Positions 19,942 to 30,037 of a DNA stretch of 64,000 nucleotides are shown piece after piece; the stretch's first letter is position 1; every line of letters begins with the position of its first letter. The DNA lies in contig OZ251539.1 of assembly GCA_965243135.1 (NCBI GenBank), positions 3,168,001-3,232,000 on the forward strand, given 5' to 3'. The notes under the pieces were generated by a model. That model saw only the letters and a program-made list of their open reading frames with translations, ran no database searches and had not been told where the DNA came from. A program made the position numbers and the translations under genes. Source of the stretch: Alphaproteobacteria bacterium (GTDB lineage: Bacteria; Pseudomonadota; Alphaproteobacteria; MPNO01; UBA830).

Positions 19942-21464
19942 TGAAACGCGACGAGACTGCCTGGATCAGACACCACTCCCGCGTCGTCGACCAGCGGGAC
20001 TATCGGTTGCCGTCCATGTGGGCGCCGCGTTCGGCGCCGCGTTCGGCGCCGCGCGCGGCCCAATCCGAGAGCGGCCGTACCGTCCACGCGTCCGGGCGAA
20101 ACCGCGAACTCGCGAACCGGATCGTCTCGATGCTGGCCGACGCCGAAGAGCGGGTCGTGTTGTCGAGTTTTCTGCTTGCCGACCGCGATATAGAAGACGC
20201 GATCCTCGCCGCCGCCGCGCGCAAGGTGCGCGTCTACATTCTGCTGGCGTCGGAAGCGCGGCTCGACATCGAGGACAAGGACGGCGAGTTCGAGCAGGCC
20301 ATGCGCGACCAGCATCGGGAGATGCTGTTGCGTCTCGGCGGCCATGCCCTTTTCCGCTCGGCGCCGCACTTCCACGCGAAGTTCGTCCTGGCCGACCCCG
20401 GCGGCGGCGGCGGCGCCGGTCTCCTGCTCACAGCGAACCTCACCAGGGAAGCGCTCCAACGCAACGAAGAGCTGGGCGTGGAGTTGACTCCCGAAGAAGT
20501 GAAGGAAACGTTCGCGCTTGCGCGTTGGGCGTTCTGGGAGTACGCCGAGCATGAATTCGTCGACCCGACGGATCGCTTCAAGTCGGTCAAACCTTTGGGA
20601 TCGGTGGACCATCCGGAACCGTCGTCCCACGTTCCGGCGACGACGTCCGAATCCCGGGAGCTGCTCGCCGAAGCCACGCGTCTCGTCGAGGCCGCTTCCG
20701 GGAAACTCGTCGCCGCCAGCTTCGGATGGGACAAGGACCACGAGATCGTCGAGTTCCTGCGCGTCCGCGCCCGCGAGGGCCTTGACGTGACGGCGCTCGC
20801 CCGCATACGGCCAAGCCAGATGCCTGCGCTTCTCGCCCTCGCCGAATCGGGAGTGCGCGTCTTCGGTTTCAAATGGCTTCACGCCAAAGCGCTGTGCGCC
20901 GACGGCGACAAGGCGCTCGTCATGTCCGCGAACCTGCAACCCGACGGACTCGACCGCGGTTTCGAGTTGGGCGTGCGGCTGAACGGCGATCGCGCCCTGG
21001 AAGTTCGAGATCGACTGGATCAATGGTCCAAGGCTGCCCGTTTTGAACTCCTCGCAGCCCCGACGCTGGGCGACATCCAGGGCGACGCCTTGGCATGGCG
21101 CGAGAACCGACTTGACGAGATGACGGTCGAAGCCGAGCGCCGCATCGACCTCGGGCCGGTCACGGCGGAGTCCGCGGACAGACTGGACGACGCCGCGCCT
21201 CCGGATCCCCCGCCCGCAGGCGATTTACCCGAACTCGCGCACAGCGTCGTTTACGAATGGCGAACGCAGGCTCCCGTTCTCGCCAAGAATGCGAAGCCGG
21301 TGCTCCACGCCGGGAAGAACGAAAAACCCGCTCCCTACGACCTTCCGGTATTCGATGAACCGGGCGGCAGACGCGTCGTGGCGGTCGACTCCGAATTGCA
21401 GATACCCGAGGCACAGGAGATAGCCGCCAGCGCAAAGGCCGCCGCGATCGTGGTCAAGGAGTGA
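19941..21464 (+). CDS. Phospholipase D-family nuclease with two HKD motifs
   Basis: TAATG overlap with the upstream gene; FHAKFVLAD...TANLT and LHAKALCAD...SANL...FELG. Confidence 0.9.
   Translation: MKRDETAWIRHHSRVVDQRDYRLPSMWAPRSAPRSAPRAAQSESGRTVHASGRNRELANRIVSMLADAEERVVLSSFLLADRDIEDAILAAAARKVRVYILLASEARLDIEDKDGEFEQAMRDQHREMLLRLGGHALFRSAPHFHAKFVLADPGGGGGAGLLLTANLTREALQRNEELGVELTPEEVKETFALARWAFWEYAEHEFVDPTDRFKSVKPLGSVDHPEPSSHVPATTSESRELLAEATRLVEAASGKLVAASFGWDKDHEIVEFLRVRAREGLDVTALARIRPSQMPALLALAESGVRVFGFKWLHAKALCADGDKALVMSANLQPDGLDRGFELGVRLNGDRALEVRDRLDQWSKAARFELLAAPTLGDIQGDALAWRENRLDEMTVEAERRIDLGPVTAESADRLDDAAPPDPPPAGDLPELAHSVVYEWRTQAPVLAKNAKPVLHAGKNEKPAPYDLPVFDEPGGRRVVAVDSELQIPEAQEIAASAKAAAIVVKE
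20021..20053 (+). repeat. In-frame 12-bp tandem repeat (GGCGCCGCGTTC x2.75) in the PLD gene
   Basis: Encodes APRS-APRS-APR. Confidence 0.8.
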
Positions 21465-22004
21465 TAAACCGGAAAGCCGCGCGCGACAGCAGGCCCAAGT
21501 CCGTCGTTTCCTGCTTTTTTGCTTCGGAGATCCGGGGCGAAGACCGGGCCGAGGCCCGGCCGCGAAAGCCGAACGCGACATGCCGCTTGGCCAAAAAAAA
21601 AGCGGCGGGCAGTCCTCTCCGGCAGCATCGCGTTGTGTCGCTGTCAAACTGCAACATGAGGAGCGTCCATGGAACGTTGGCGTACCGGCGAAGCGGAAGC
21701 TTCTCGCGGCGGCCGAGCGAACGCACGTTTCGCCGAACCCGTAGCCGGACGTTGCGCTTCCTGAAGCAACGGCCGAACTGCGTCGCCGCCGGTCAAGCCG
21801 TTCGTCAATCGTCGGAAGAACGACCCGCCTGTCCGTGCCGTTGAGCGCCGCCAACCTTCAGGAAGGAGGCGGGCGACGCGACGGCGCGCGGCAAAAGGCG
21901 GCGAACCGCAAAAGATCGCGACGGCGCGAACGCCTCGCTTTGACGGCCCTTGCGACGATGCCTATCTTCCGGCGCGATCCGTCTCCGCAAGCGAAAGGGC
22001 GCAG

Positions 22005-22772
22005 ATGTACCTGCTGAGCATCGAGGGCCGCGTCGTCATCGTGACCGGCGGCGGCAAGGGCATCGGGCGCGTCTACTGCCGCGAACTGGCGAAGGCCGGA
22101 GCGAGAGTCGTGGCCGCCGACATCGACCGCGACGCGAACGAAGACACGGTCGCTGAGATCAGGGCCGCCGGAGGCGAGGCCATCGCGGCGACGACCGACG
22201 TCTCCGACGAAGGACAGACCGTCGAAATGGCGCGCAGAACCGTCGAAGCGTTCGGCCGCATCGACGGACTGGTCAACAACGCCTCGCTCATGAGCGTGCT
22301 CGAACGCCGCGACTGGAACCTTATCCCGGTCGACGAGTGGGACCGCGTCATGGAGGTCAACCTTCGCGGCATCTTTCTCGGCTGCAAGGCGGTGTTTCCG
22401 CAGATGAAGGATCAGGGCGGCGGCAAGATCGTCAACATTTCCTCGGGCCGGTTCTGGAGCGGCACGCCCAACCGCCTTCACTATTCCACCTCCAAGGCCG
22501 GAGTCATCGGCCTCACCCGTTCGCTGGCCCGCGAGGTCGGACCGGATAACGTCTGCGTCAACGCCGTCACGCCCGGCTTCACGCTTTCGGACACCCAGGT
22601 CGCCTCGTCCGGCGAATACGCTCAGACCAACGCGCCGCCCGAGGACAGATGCATCCGGCGCCACCAGTACCCGGAAGATCTCGCGGGCGCGGTGATGTTT
22701 CTGCTGTCGCCGGGGAGCGACTTCATCTCCGGACAGACCCTGAACGTGGACGGCGGCCAGCACATGCATTGA
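22005..22772 (+). CDS. Short-chain dehydrogenase/reductase (SDR)
   Basis: TGGGKGIG, LVNNA, YSTSK, VNAVTPG, GQTLNVDGG. Confidence 0.95.
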   Translation: MYLLSIEGRVVIVTGGGKGIGRVYCRELAKAGARVVAADIDRDANEDTVAEIRAAGGEAIAATTDVSDEGQTVEMARRTVEAFGRIDGLVNNASLMSVLERRDWNLIPVDEWDRVMEVNLRGIFLGCKAVFPQMKDQGGGKIVNISSGRFWSGTPNRLHYSTSKAGVIGLTRSLAREVGPDNVCVNAVTPGFTLSDTQVASSGEYAQTNAPPEDRCIRRHQYPEDLAGAVMFLLSPGSDFISGQTLNVDGGQHMH

Positions 22773-22818
22773 AGCCCGGTTCCGCGGCATGAGGACCGGA
22801 AAGGACGAGGAGAACGCG

Positions 22819-24282
22819 ATGCCGGAAGGCAGGGGTTACGGCGAATACGATCGGCCGCACGAGGACCTGCGCGAATGGATCGAACGCGCGGAAAATCTGG
22901 GCGAGCTGATGCGCATCGACGGCGTCGACTGGAACCTGGAAATGGGTTCGGTCGCCGAGATGATCTATCACGCCAAACCCGACAACCCGCCGGCGATTCT
23001 GTTCCAGAACGTTCCCGGCTACCCGTCCGACTACAGCGTTCTGTCGGGCGCGACGAATTCCATGAACAGGCTTGCGATGACGCTGGGTTTCCCGAAGCCC
23101 GACGGCCCGCTCGACGTCGTGCAGTGCTACCGCGACCGCCTGAAGGACTTCGAGATCGTCCCGCCCCGCGAGCTGAACGCCGGCCCGGTGATGGAGAACG
23201 TCGACCGGGACGGCGAGGTCGACGTCTACAAGTTCCCGATCCCGTTCCTGCACGAGGAGGACGGCGGGCGATATTTCGGAACGGCGGATCTGGTCACGAT
23301 CCGGGATCCGGACAGCGACTGGGTCAATCTCGGAACCTACCGGGTGATGGTCCACGACAGGAACACGGTCGGGCTGTGGATGTCGCCCGGCAAGCACGGA
23401 CGGCAGATCCGCGAGAAATACTTCGCGCAAGGAAAGCCCTGCCCGGTCGCGATCAGCGTCGGACAGGACCCCCTCCTTTTCCTGTCGGCGGCGAACGAGG
23501 TGCATTGGGGCACGCCGGAATTCTCGCATGCGGGCGGGCATCGAGGGATTCCCTTCGACATCACCAGAACCGAGCTTCACGGACTGCCGATGGCGGCCGC
23601 GGCGGAGATCGTTCTCGAGGGCGAGATCATGCCCGACGAGAAGCGCGTCGAGGGCCCGTTCGGCGAATGGACCGGCTATTACGCCAGCGCCGAGCGCGAA
23701 GACTACGTCGTCAAAATTCGGCGCGTCTACCACCGCGACCGACCGATCCACACAATGGCGCGGCCGGGGCGTCCTCCGTCCGACTACTCGTTTTCGAAAT
23801 GCACCGTCAAGGCGGCGATGATCTGGGACGACGTGGAAAGAGCGGGACTTCCCGGCGTCCACGGAGTCTGGAGCATGGAGTTCGGCGGCGGACGCATGTT
23901 CAACGTCGTCGCGATCGAACAGAAATATCCCGGCCACGCCCGGCAGGCGCTGCTGCTGACGGCGGGGTCGCACGCGGCCAACTATCTCGGACGGTTCGTC
24001 GTCGTCGTCGATCACGACATCGATCCGACGAGCGTGCACGACGTCATGTGGGCGGTGGCGTCGCGCTGCGACCCGGAGCACGACATCGACATCATTCGCC
24101 GGACCTGGTCGGGTCCGCTCGATCCGATGAAGCGACCGGGCGAGAACATGAACTCGCGCGCGCTGATCGACGCCTGCCGGCCTTTCGAGTGGATCGACGA
24201 ATTCCCGCACGTCGCCGAAGCCAGCCCGGCCGAACGCGAGCGAATTCGGAAGAAGTTCGGCCACCTGCTCGCACGTCTCTGA
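22819..24282 (+). CDS. UbiD-family (prFMN-dependent) decarboxylase
   Basis: DLREWI, HEEDGGRYFGT, NLGTYR, EGPFGEWTGYY, VVVDHDIDP, ALIDACRP. ATG 22819 follows GAGGAG. Confidence 0.93.
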   Translation: MPEGRGYGEYDRPHEDLREWIERAENLGELMRIDGVDWNLEMGSVAEMIYHAKPDNPPAILFQNVPGYPSDYSVLSGATNSMNRLAMTLGFPKPDGPLDVVQCYRDRLKDFEIVPPRELNAGPVMENVDRDGEVDVYKFPIPFLHEEDGGRYFGTADLVTIRDPDSDWVNLGTYRVMVHDRNTVGLWMSPGKHGRQIREKYFAQGKPCPVAISVGQDPLLFLSAANEVHWGTPEFSHAGGHRGIPFDITRTELHGLPMAAAAEIVLEGEIMPDEKRVEGPFGEWTGYYASAEREDYVVKIRRVYHRDRPIHTMARPGRPPSDYSFSKCTVKAAMIWDDVERAGLPGVHGVWSMEFGGGRMFNVVAIEQKYPGHARQALLLTAGSHAANYLGRFVVVVDHDIDPTSVHDVMWAVASRCDPEHDIDIIRRTWSGPLDPMKRPGENMNSRALIDACRPFEWIDEFPHVAEASPAERERIRKKFGHLLARL

Positions 24283-24496
24283 CCTGCCGGGCCGCCCGGC
24301 GCGCCGACGAGTCGGAAAACGGCAGGGCCGCGGGACCCGGGAACGGCGCCGCGGACGCGCCGGGCGGCGTCGCGCGTCTCGAAGGAAGACCGTCAACGGC
24401 TTCCGGGAGTTCGAAATCGCGGACCGGGAGTATTTCCGGACGAAAGGAAGACGCGGGGCGGCCTGCGCGGGACGCCCCTCGCCCAGGGAGACCGCC

Positions 24497-24940
24497 ATGT
24501 CGGCAAAAGCCAAACCCGTCGGTATCAACCATATCGCGCTCGAAGTCGGCGACATTCGGGAAGCGCTCGATTTCTACGGCGGCTTTCTTGAGCTGGAAGT
24601 CGTCTCGCGGAACGAAAAGGCCGCTTTCGTCTATTTCGGGGACCAGTTCATCAACTTCATCGCCGGCCGCACCCAGGGTCCGGACCAGCGGCGTCATTTC
24701 GGCATCGCGGTCGACGACAAACCGCTGGTTCGCGAACGCCTGACGGAGATGGGCGTCGAACTGATCGGCGGCCGGTTTCTGGACTTCCTCGACCCGTGGG
24801 GCAACCGGGTCGAAATCACGACTTACGAGAATATCCAGTTCACCAAGGCGGACCATGTCCTCCGGGGCATGGGACTCGGGCATCTGAAGAAGACCGAAGC
24901 CGCCCTGAAGGAATTGGCCGAAAAAGGCATGGCGCCCTGA
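24497..24940 (+). CDS. VOC / glyoxalase-superfamily protein
   Basis: GINHIALEV...FYG, HFGIAV, FLDPWGNRVEI. Confidence 0.9.
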   Translation: MSAKAKPVGINHIALEVGDIREALDFYGGFLELEVVSRNEKAAFVYFGDQFINFIAGRTQGPDQRRHFGIAVDDKPLVRERLTEMGVELIGGRFLDFLDPWGNRVEITTYENIQFTKADHVLRGMGLGHLKKTEAALKELAEKGMAP

Positions 24941-25127
24941 ACGCCGTCCCGATTCCTCGGCCGGCGACGGCCTGCCGGCCCGCGCCTCCCCTGCCCGACG
25001 GTCCGGCGGCGAACGTGACAGGTTTCCCCGAAAGCCGCCGCCGCCGGGAGCGAAAGCCTTCCGAAACGCGTCCGTTTCCGGCGGCGGGAACCAGGGCCCG
25101 AACGACGATAGGGAGGCTCGACGGGAG

Positions 25128-27200
25128 ATGACTCGGAACCGCATCGGGGTCGACGTCGGCGGCACCTTCACCGACCTTGCCGTCGTCGACGGAGAAGGCG
25201 GCATCCGGGCGGTCAAGGCCTTTTCGACGCCCGGCGCGCCCGAACGGGGCGTCTTCGACGTTCTGGACCGCGCCGCCTCCGTCTTCCGTATGCCGGTGGA
25301 GGACATCCTGGCGGAAGCGGACGCCTTCGCCCATGGAACCACCGTTTCGACCAACGCGCTGATCGAGCGGAACGGCGCCCGCGTCGGCGCTCTCCTCACC
25401 CATGGTTTCGAGGACACCCTGGCCATCGGCCGCGGCCCGGTCGGGCGAGTCGGCGGCCTGCCGCAGTCCAGCGCGATGGACTTCGTTCATACGGAACCGC
25501 CGGCCCCGCTGGTGGCGCGGAACATGGTCCGCGGCGTTTTCGAACGCATCGGTTCGGACGGGCGAATCGTCGCGCCGCTCGACGAGGCCCGGCTTCGCGA
25601 GGCGATCGGCGCGCTGCTGGACTCCGGCGCCGAGAGTCTCGCCGTCTGTCTCTTGTGGTCGTTTCGCAACCCCGTTCACGAACGCCGCGTGGCCGCCGTC
25701 GCCGCGGAGATGGCGCCCGGGCTTCCGGTCAGCCTGTCCTGCGACATCGCGCCGAAAATGGGTGAATTCGAACGCGCAGTGACTACGGCCGTGAACGCCT
25801 TCGTCGGTCCGGTTACCCGGAACTATGCGGCAAACCTGGAGGCCGGGCTATCGAACAGGGGGCTCGGCAGCCCTCTTCGCATCATCACTTCCCGCGGCGG
25901 CGCGGTTCGCGCCGAAGACGCCGGCCGCGAAGCCGTCTCGGTGGTCAACTCCGGACCGGCGGGCGGCCTTGTCGCCGCGCGGTATCTCGGCGATTTTCTC
26001 GGCCATGAACGAATCATCACCGCCGACATGGGAGGAACCAGCTTCGACGTAGGCCTGATCGACGGCGACGCTTTGGAAGAGGAACCGCGGCCGTTCCTCG
26101 GCCAGGGCCTGCCGGTCCTCCTGCCGGCGGCCCGACTCGTCACCATCGGCGCCGGCGGCGGCAGCGTCGCCTGGACCGACGGTTACGGACTGCGCGTGGG
26201 ACCGCGCAGCGCCGGCGCCGAACCCGGTCCGGCGGCTTACGGACGGGGCGGCTCGGAGCCCACCGTCACCGACGCCCTGATCGTCTGCGGCGTCATCGAC
26301 CCCGAATTCTTTTTCGGCGGCGCGCTCGACCCCGATCTCGCCGCGCGCGCCGTCGCCGACCGGATCGCCCGGCCGCTCGGCATGACGCTCCACGACGCGG
26401 CCTCCGGAATCGTCGAAGTCGTCAACGCGCGAATGGCGAACCTCATCCGCAAGGTTTCGATCGAAAGCGGCCACGACCCGGACGATTTCACGCTGTACGC
26501 CTATGGCGGCGCCACGGGCGCTCATTTCGCGGATTTCGCGAGGCAACTCGGCATTCGGAAGGTCGTTCTGCCGTACGCGGGACCCGTCTTCTCCGCGCTC
26601 GGCGTGGCGATCGCCGACATCGTCCATATGCACGCGCGCTCGGAGCCCGTTCCTCTCTGCGAAGCGGCGACGGCGGTCGCGAACCGCAATTTCGGGGAAC
26701 TCGAAGAACTCGCCCGCAACGATCCCGGCGACCGCTGGGTCCTTCGCCGCCGGATCGAGATGCGCTACCGCGGGCAGATGAACGAAGTCACCGTCGACTG
26801 GCCGAAAGAGGCCATGTCCGACGGAGACGACGCCGTCCTCCGGAGACTCTTCGAAACCGAATACGAACGCCGGTTCGGCGCCGGCGTCGCAAGACCGGAA
26901 TCGCCTCTCGAGCTGGTCAGTTTCCGCGTCGACGCGGCGCTTCCGACCCGCAGGCCGGATCCGGCTCCGCTTCGCTTCGGAAAGCCGGAGCCGGTTTCGA
27001 GGACGCGCAGGATCCACGCGCGCGGCGCCGGCTGGATCGAGGCGGCCGTCCACGAATTCGGGGCGCTGACTCCCGGAACGGAGATCGGCGGGCCTGCCGT
27101 GATCGAACGGGACATGACCACGATCTGGTTGCCGAAAGGCGTCAGGGCGACGCTCGACGCGTACGGCAATCTTGCGGCGGACACCGGAGACGCCCGATGA
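25128..27200 (+). CDS. Hydantoinase A / oxoprolinase-family ATP-binding subunit
   Basis: IGVDVGGTFTD, HGTTVSTNALIE, SGPAGG, DMGGTSFDV, IGAGGGS, GPRSAGAEPGP. Confidence 0.95.
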   Translation: MTRNRIGVDVGGTFTDLAVVDGEGGIRAVKAFSTPGAPERGVFDVLDRAASVFRMPVEDILAEADAFAHGTTVSTNALIERNGARVGALLTHGFEDTLAIGRGPVGRVGGLPQSSAMDFVHTEPPAPLVARNMVRGVFERIGSDGRIVAPLDEARLREAIGALLDSGAESLAVCLLWSFRNPVHERRVAAVAAEMAPGLPVSLSCDIAPKMGEFERAVTTAVNAFVGPVTRNYAANLEAGLSNRGLGSPLRIITSRGGAVRAEDAGREAVSVVNSGPAGGLVAARYLGDFLGHERIITADMGGTSFDVGLIDGDALEEEPRPFLGQGLPVLLPAARLVTIGAGGGSVAWTDGYGLRVGPRSAGAEPGPAAYGRGGSEPTVTDALIVCGVIDPEFFFGGALDPDLAARAVADRIARPLGMTLHDAASGIVEVVNARMANLIRKVSIESGHDPDDFTLYAYGGATGAHFADFARQLGIRKVVLPYAGPVFSALGVAIADIVHMHARSEPVPLCEAATAVANRNFGELEELARNDPGDRWVLRRRIEMRYRGQMNEVTVDWPKEAMSDGDDAVLRRLFETEYERRFGAGVARPESPLELVSFRVDAALPTRRPDPAPLRFGKPEPVSRTRRIHARGAGWIEAAVHEFGALTPGTEIGGPAVIERDMTTIWLPKGVRATLDAYGNLAADTGDAR

Positions 27201-29224
27201 ACGCTCCCGACCCCGTGACCTTCGAGGTGATCAAGCATCGCCTCTGGCAGATCAACGACGAACAGGGGATCGCGATCAAGACCATTTCCGCGTCCCCGAT
27301 CGTGGTGGAGGGCAACGATTACAACGTCGGACTGTTCACCGCGGAAGCGGAGCTCGTGACGGCGGGCATCGGCTCGCTGGTTCACGTCACCACGATGGGC
27401 GACGCTCTCAAATCCGTCATCGAGGGGGCGAGCGACATCCGCGACGGCGACGCCTTCATGACCAACGATCCGTTTCTGGGCGCGCTCCACCAGAACGACG
27501 TCGTCATGGCGAGCCCCGTCTTCCGGGACGGAGAGATATTCATGTGGGCGGCGAACGTCCTGCATCATGCGGACGTAGGCGGCATCGACGCGGGCAGTTT
27601 CTGCATCAACGCCCGAACGATCTTCGAAGATCCGCCGCGGTTCTTCATGAAGATCGTCGATCGGGGCAAGCCCGTCAGGGAAGCGGAGCACACCTTCGTC
27701 TCGAATTCCCGGCTCCCGGATTCCGTCGCGCTCGACCTGCGGGCCCAGATCGGCGCGCTCAACGTCGCCCGCGAAAGGCTTCGCGAGCTGCTGGACGAAC
27801 GCGGCCGCGATCTGGTTCGCGCCGTGATGAAGCGCTCGATCGACGTCGCCGAACGCCGGGTTCGCGAACTCGTTCGCGAACTGCCGGACGGCTCCTGGAA
27901 CGGCGAAGCGTTCATGGACGGAGTGCGCGTCGGAGACGAGCGCATCTGCCGGGTCGCGCTGACGCTGCGCTGCGACGGCGACCGGCTGCATTTCGACTAC
28001 GCCGGTTCGTCGGATCAGGTGGACGCGGCGGTCAACAGCACCTACTCCGCCACTTTCGCGGGTTCGGCCGTGCCGCTGTACGCGTTCCTGTGCCAGGGCG
28101 ACATCGACTGGAACGACGGTCTCAAGCGATGCATTTCGGTCGCCGCGCCGGAAGGCAGCGTGGTCAACGCCCGTCATCCGGCGCCCGTCAGCATCTCGAC
28201 GGTCGGGTTTCGCTGGCTCGTCACGGTGGCGGCGACTCAGGCGGTCGCCCGCATGTTCGCGGACTCGGAGCGCTTCCGGGATCGCGCTTGCCCGTCCTGG
28301 AACTCCTCCAGCAATTGCAACAATATCTTCGCCGCGTTGCCGGACGGCAGGCGGGCGGGAGCGCTGCTGTCGGATCACCGCGGATCCGGCGCGGCCGGGC
28401 GCTCCTTCGCCGACGGCTTTCACCATGCCGGCACGGTGACGTCCTACGCGAGCAGCCTGGGCAACGTCGAGGCGACCGAATGGAAGCTTCCCGTGCGCTA
28501 CCTCTATCGCCGGAGGCTGCCGGATTCCGGCGGTCCCGGCGAATTCCGCGGAGGCTTGACCTCGGAGGCCGCGCTGACTCCCTACGGGGTCGAGGAGCTC
28601 GCGCTCAAATCGACCAACACCGCGGGAACGGAACAGACCAACGCCCACGGCATGGAGGGAGGATATCCGGGGGCCGGCTCCCAGACGGCCATCGTCCGCT
28701 GTGCGCTTCCGCTCCCGGGCGAAGAAATTCCTTCCTTGCAGGATTTTCCCGGAACGCTAACGTGGTTGCCGTCGAAGGCCGACGAGATCGTCCGGGCGGG
28801 CGACGTCTTCGCCTTCTGGGCGGCGGGCGGCGGCGGCTTCGGCGATCCCCTGAGCCGCCCGCCCGAAAGGGTCGCGCAGGATGTCGCCGACGGCGCAGTA
28901 TCGGCGGAGGTCGCCGCTTCCGTTTACGGCGTCGCTCTCGCCGAAGGAGGACGGCCGCGCGAGGACGCCACCGCGGAACGCCGGAAAGCCATCCGAAACG
29001 CGCGCATGAGCGCGGGCCGGATCGTTCGCGGAGGCATCCGATGCGGAAATTGCGGACAGGATGAAACTTTCAGGATCTCCCGCCATCCCCTTCGACGCGC
29101 CGGTCCGTGGGTTGCGCGGCGCCACGACGGCGACGGACCGAACTTCGTGCTGGAGGAAACCTGCTGCGGCGCTTGCGGCGCGCTTCTCGACGTCCGGGAG
29201 GCGCGAAGAACAGCCGAAACGTAG
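27197..29224 (+). CDS. Hydantoinase B / oxoprolinase subunit with C-terminal Cys-rich extension
   Basis: DPVTFEVIKHRL, NDPFLGALHQND, HHADVGG, GGGGFGDPL; terminal CGNCG...CCGACGALLDV; ATGA overlap with hydantoinase A. Confidence 0.92.
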   Translation: MNAPDPVTFEVIKHRLWQINDEQGIAIKTISASPIVVEGNDYNVGLFTAEAELVTAGIGSLVHVTTMGDALKSVIEGASDIRDGDAFMTNDPFLGALHQNDVVMASPVFRDGEIFMWAANVLHHADVGGIDAGSFCINARTIFEDPPRFFMKIVDRGKPVREAEHTFVSNSRLPDSVALDLRAQIGALNVARERLRELLDERGRDLVRAVMKRSIDVAERRVRELVRELPDGSWNGEAFMDGVRVGDERICRVALTLRCDGDRLHFDYAGSSDQVDAAVNSTYSATFAGSAVPLYAFLCQGDIDWNDGLKRCISVAAPEGSVVNARHPAPVSISTVGFRWLVTVAATQAVARMFADSERFRDRACPSWNSSSNCNNIFAALPDGRRAGALLSDHRGSGAAGRSFADGFHHAGTVTSYASSLGNVEATEWKLPVRYLYRRRLPDSGGPGEFRGGLTSEAALTPYGVEELALKSTNTAGTEQTNAHGMEGGYPGAGSQTAIVRCALPLPGEEIPSLQDFPGTLTWLPSKADEIVRAGDVFAFWAAGGGGFGDPLSRPPERVAQDVADGAVSAEVAASVYGVALAEGGRPREDATAERRKAIRNARMSAGRIVRGGIRCGNCGQDETFRISRHPLRRAGPWVARRHDGDGPNFVLEETCCGACGALLDVREARRTAET

Positions 29225-29235
29225 AGGAACGGGCG

Positions 29236-29396
29236 TTGAAACCGCGGGAGTCGTCGACCTCGGAAAGATGCGAGGTCCGCTGGCGCGTCGCCTCTCGACC
29301 GGCGGCTTCGGGACGTTGGGCTCCGATATCCGAAGGGAAGCGTTGGACGCCGCCGCCGCATCGGCCTGCCGCTTTGCGGCTCCGTCGGGGAAGTGA
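29236..29396 (+). pseudogene. 5' remnant of an NAD(P)-dependent beta-hydroxyacid dehydrogenase
   Basis: Degenerate Rossmann start (T)AGVVDLGKMRGPLARRL..GF...GSDIR..AL then a stop; RBS AGAGGA before an out-of-frame TTG. Confidence 0.5.
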
Positions 29397-29481
29397 TAAA
29401 AGGCGTCGAGATTCGGTCAGGGAATGCCGACGGAGAAGTGACGATTCGCCTGCCGTCTCGGCGTCGAAGGGGGAGACATTG

Positions 29482-30015
29482 GTGAGAAGGATTGTCACAG
29501 GACACGATCAGGTCGGCAAGGCCATCGTCGTCGCCGACGGAGAAGCGCCGAACGTCGTTCGGCCGGAAAACCGTCCCGGCGTCGAAATCAACAATCTCTG
29601 GGTGATCGACGGAAGCCCGGCGAAGGCGCATGGCCCGGAGGAAACGACCGACCGCAAGATCGGCCTGCTGCCGCCCGCGAACGGCTCCGTCTTCCGCATC
29701 ATCAGATTCCCGCCGGAGAAAACCTGGATCGACGATGTCGACCGGGAAGCGGCCCGGCGCAGCTTCGCGTCCGTCGGCGCCGAGACGGCCGCGGATGCGT
29801 CCGAAAAGCCTCCCCATCCCTTGATGCATCGGACGGAAACGGTCGATTACGCCGTCTGCCTTTCCGGCGAGATCTATCTGGTGCTCGACGATTCCGAAGT
29901 CCTGATGAAAGCGGGCGACGCCTGCGTCCAGCGCGGAACGAACCATGCCTGGAGCAACAGAACCGACGAAGACTGCCTCATGATGTTCGTCCTGGTCGAC
30001 GGGACGTTCGATTGA
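29482..30015 (+). CDS. Cupin-domain protein
   Basis: VRRIVTGHD..GKA, MHRTETVDY, GDACVQRGTNHAWSN; GGGAGA RBS. Confidence 0.9.
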   Translation: MRRIVTGHDQVGKAIVVADGEAPNVVRPENRPGVEINNLWVIDGSPAKAHGPEETTDRKIGLLPPANGSVFRIIRFPPEKTWIDDVDREAARRSFASVGAETAADASEKPPHPLMHRTETVDYAVCLSGEIYLVLDDSEVLMKAGDACVQRGTNHAWSNRTDEDCLMMFVLVDGTFD

Positions 30016-30037
30016 ACGGGACGCAGGGGCGACCGCC

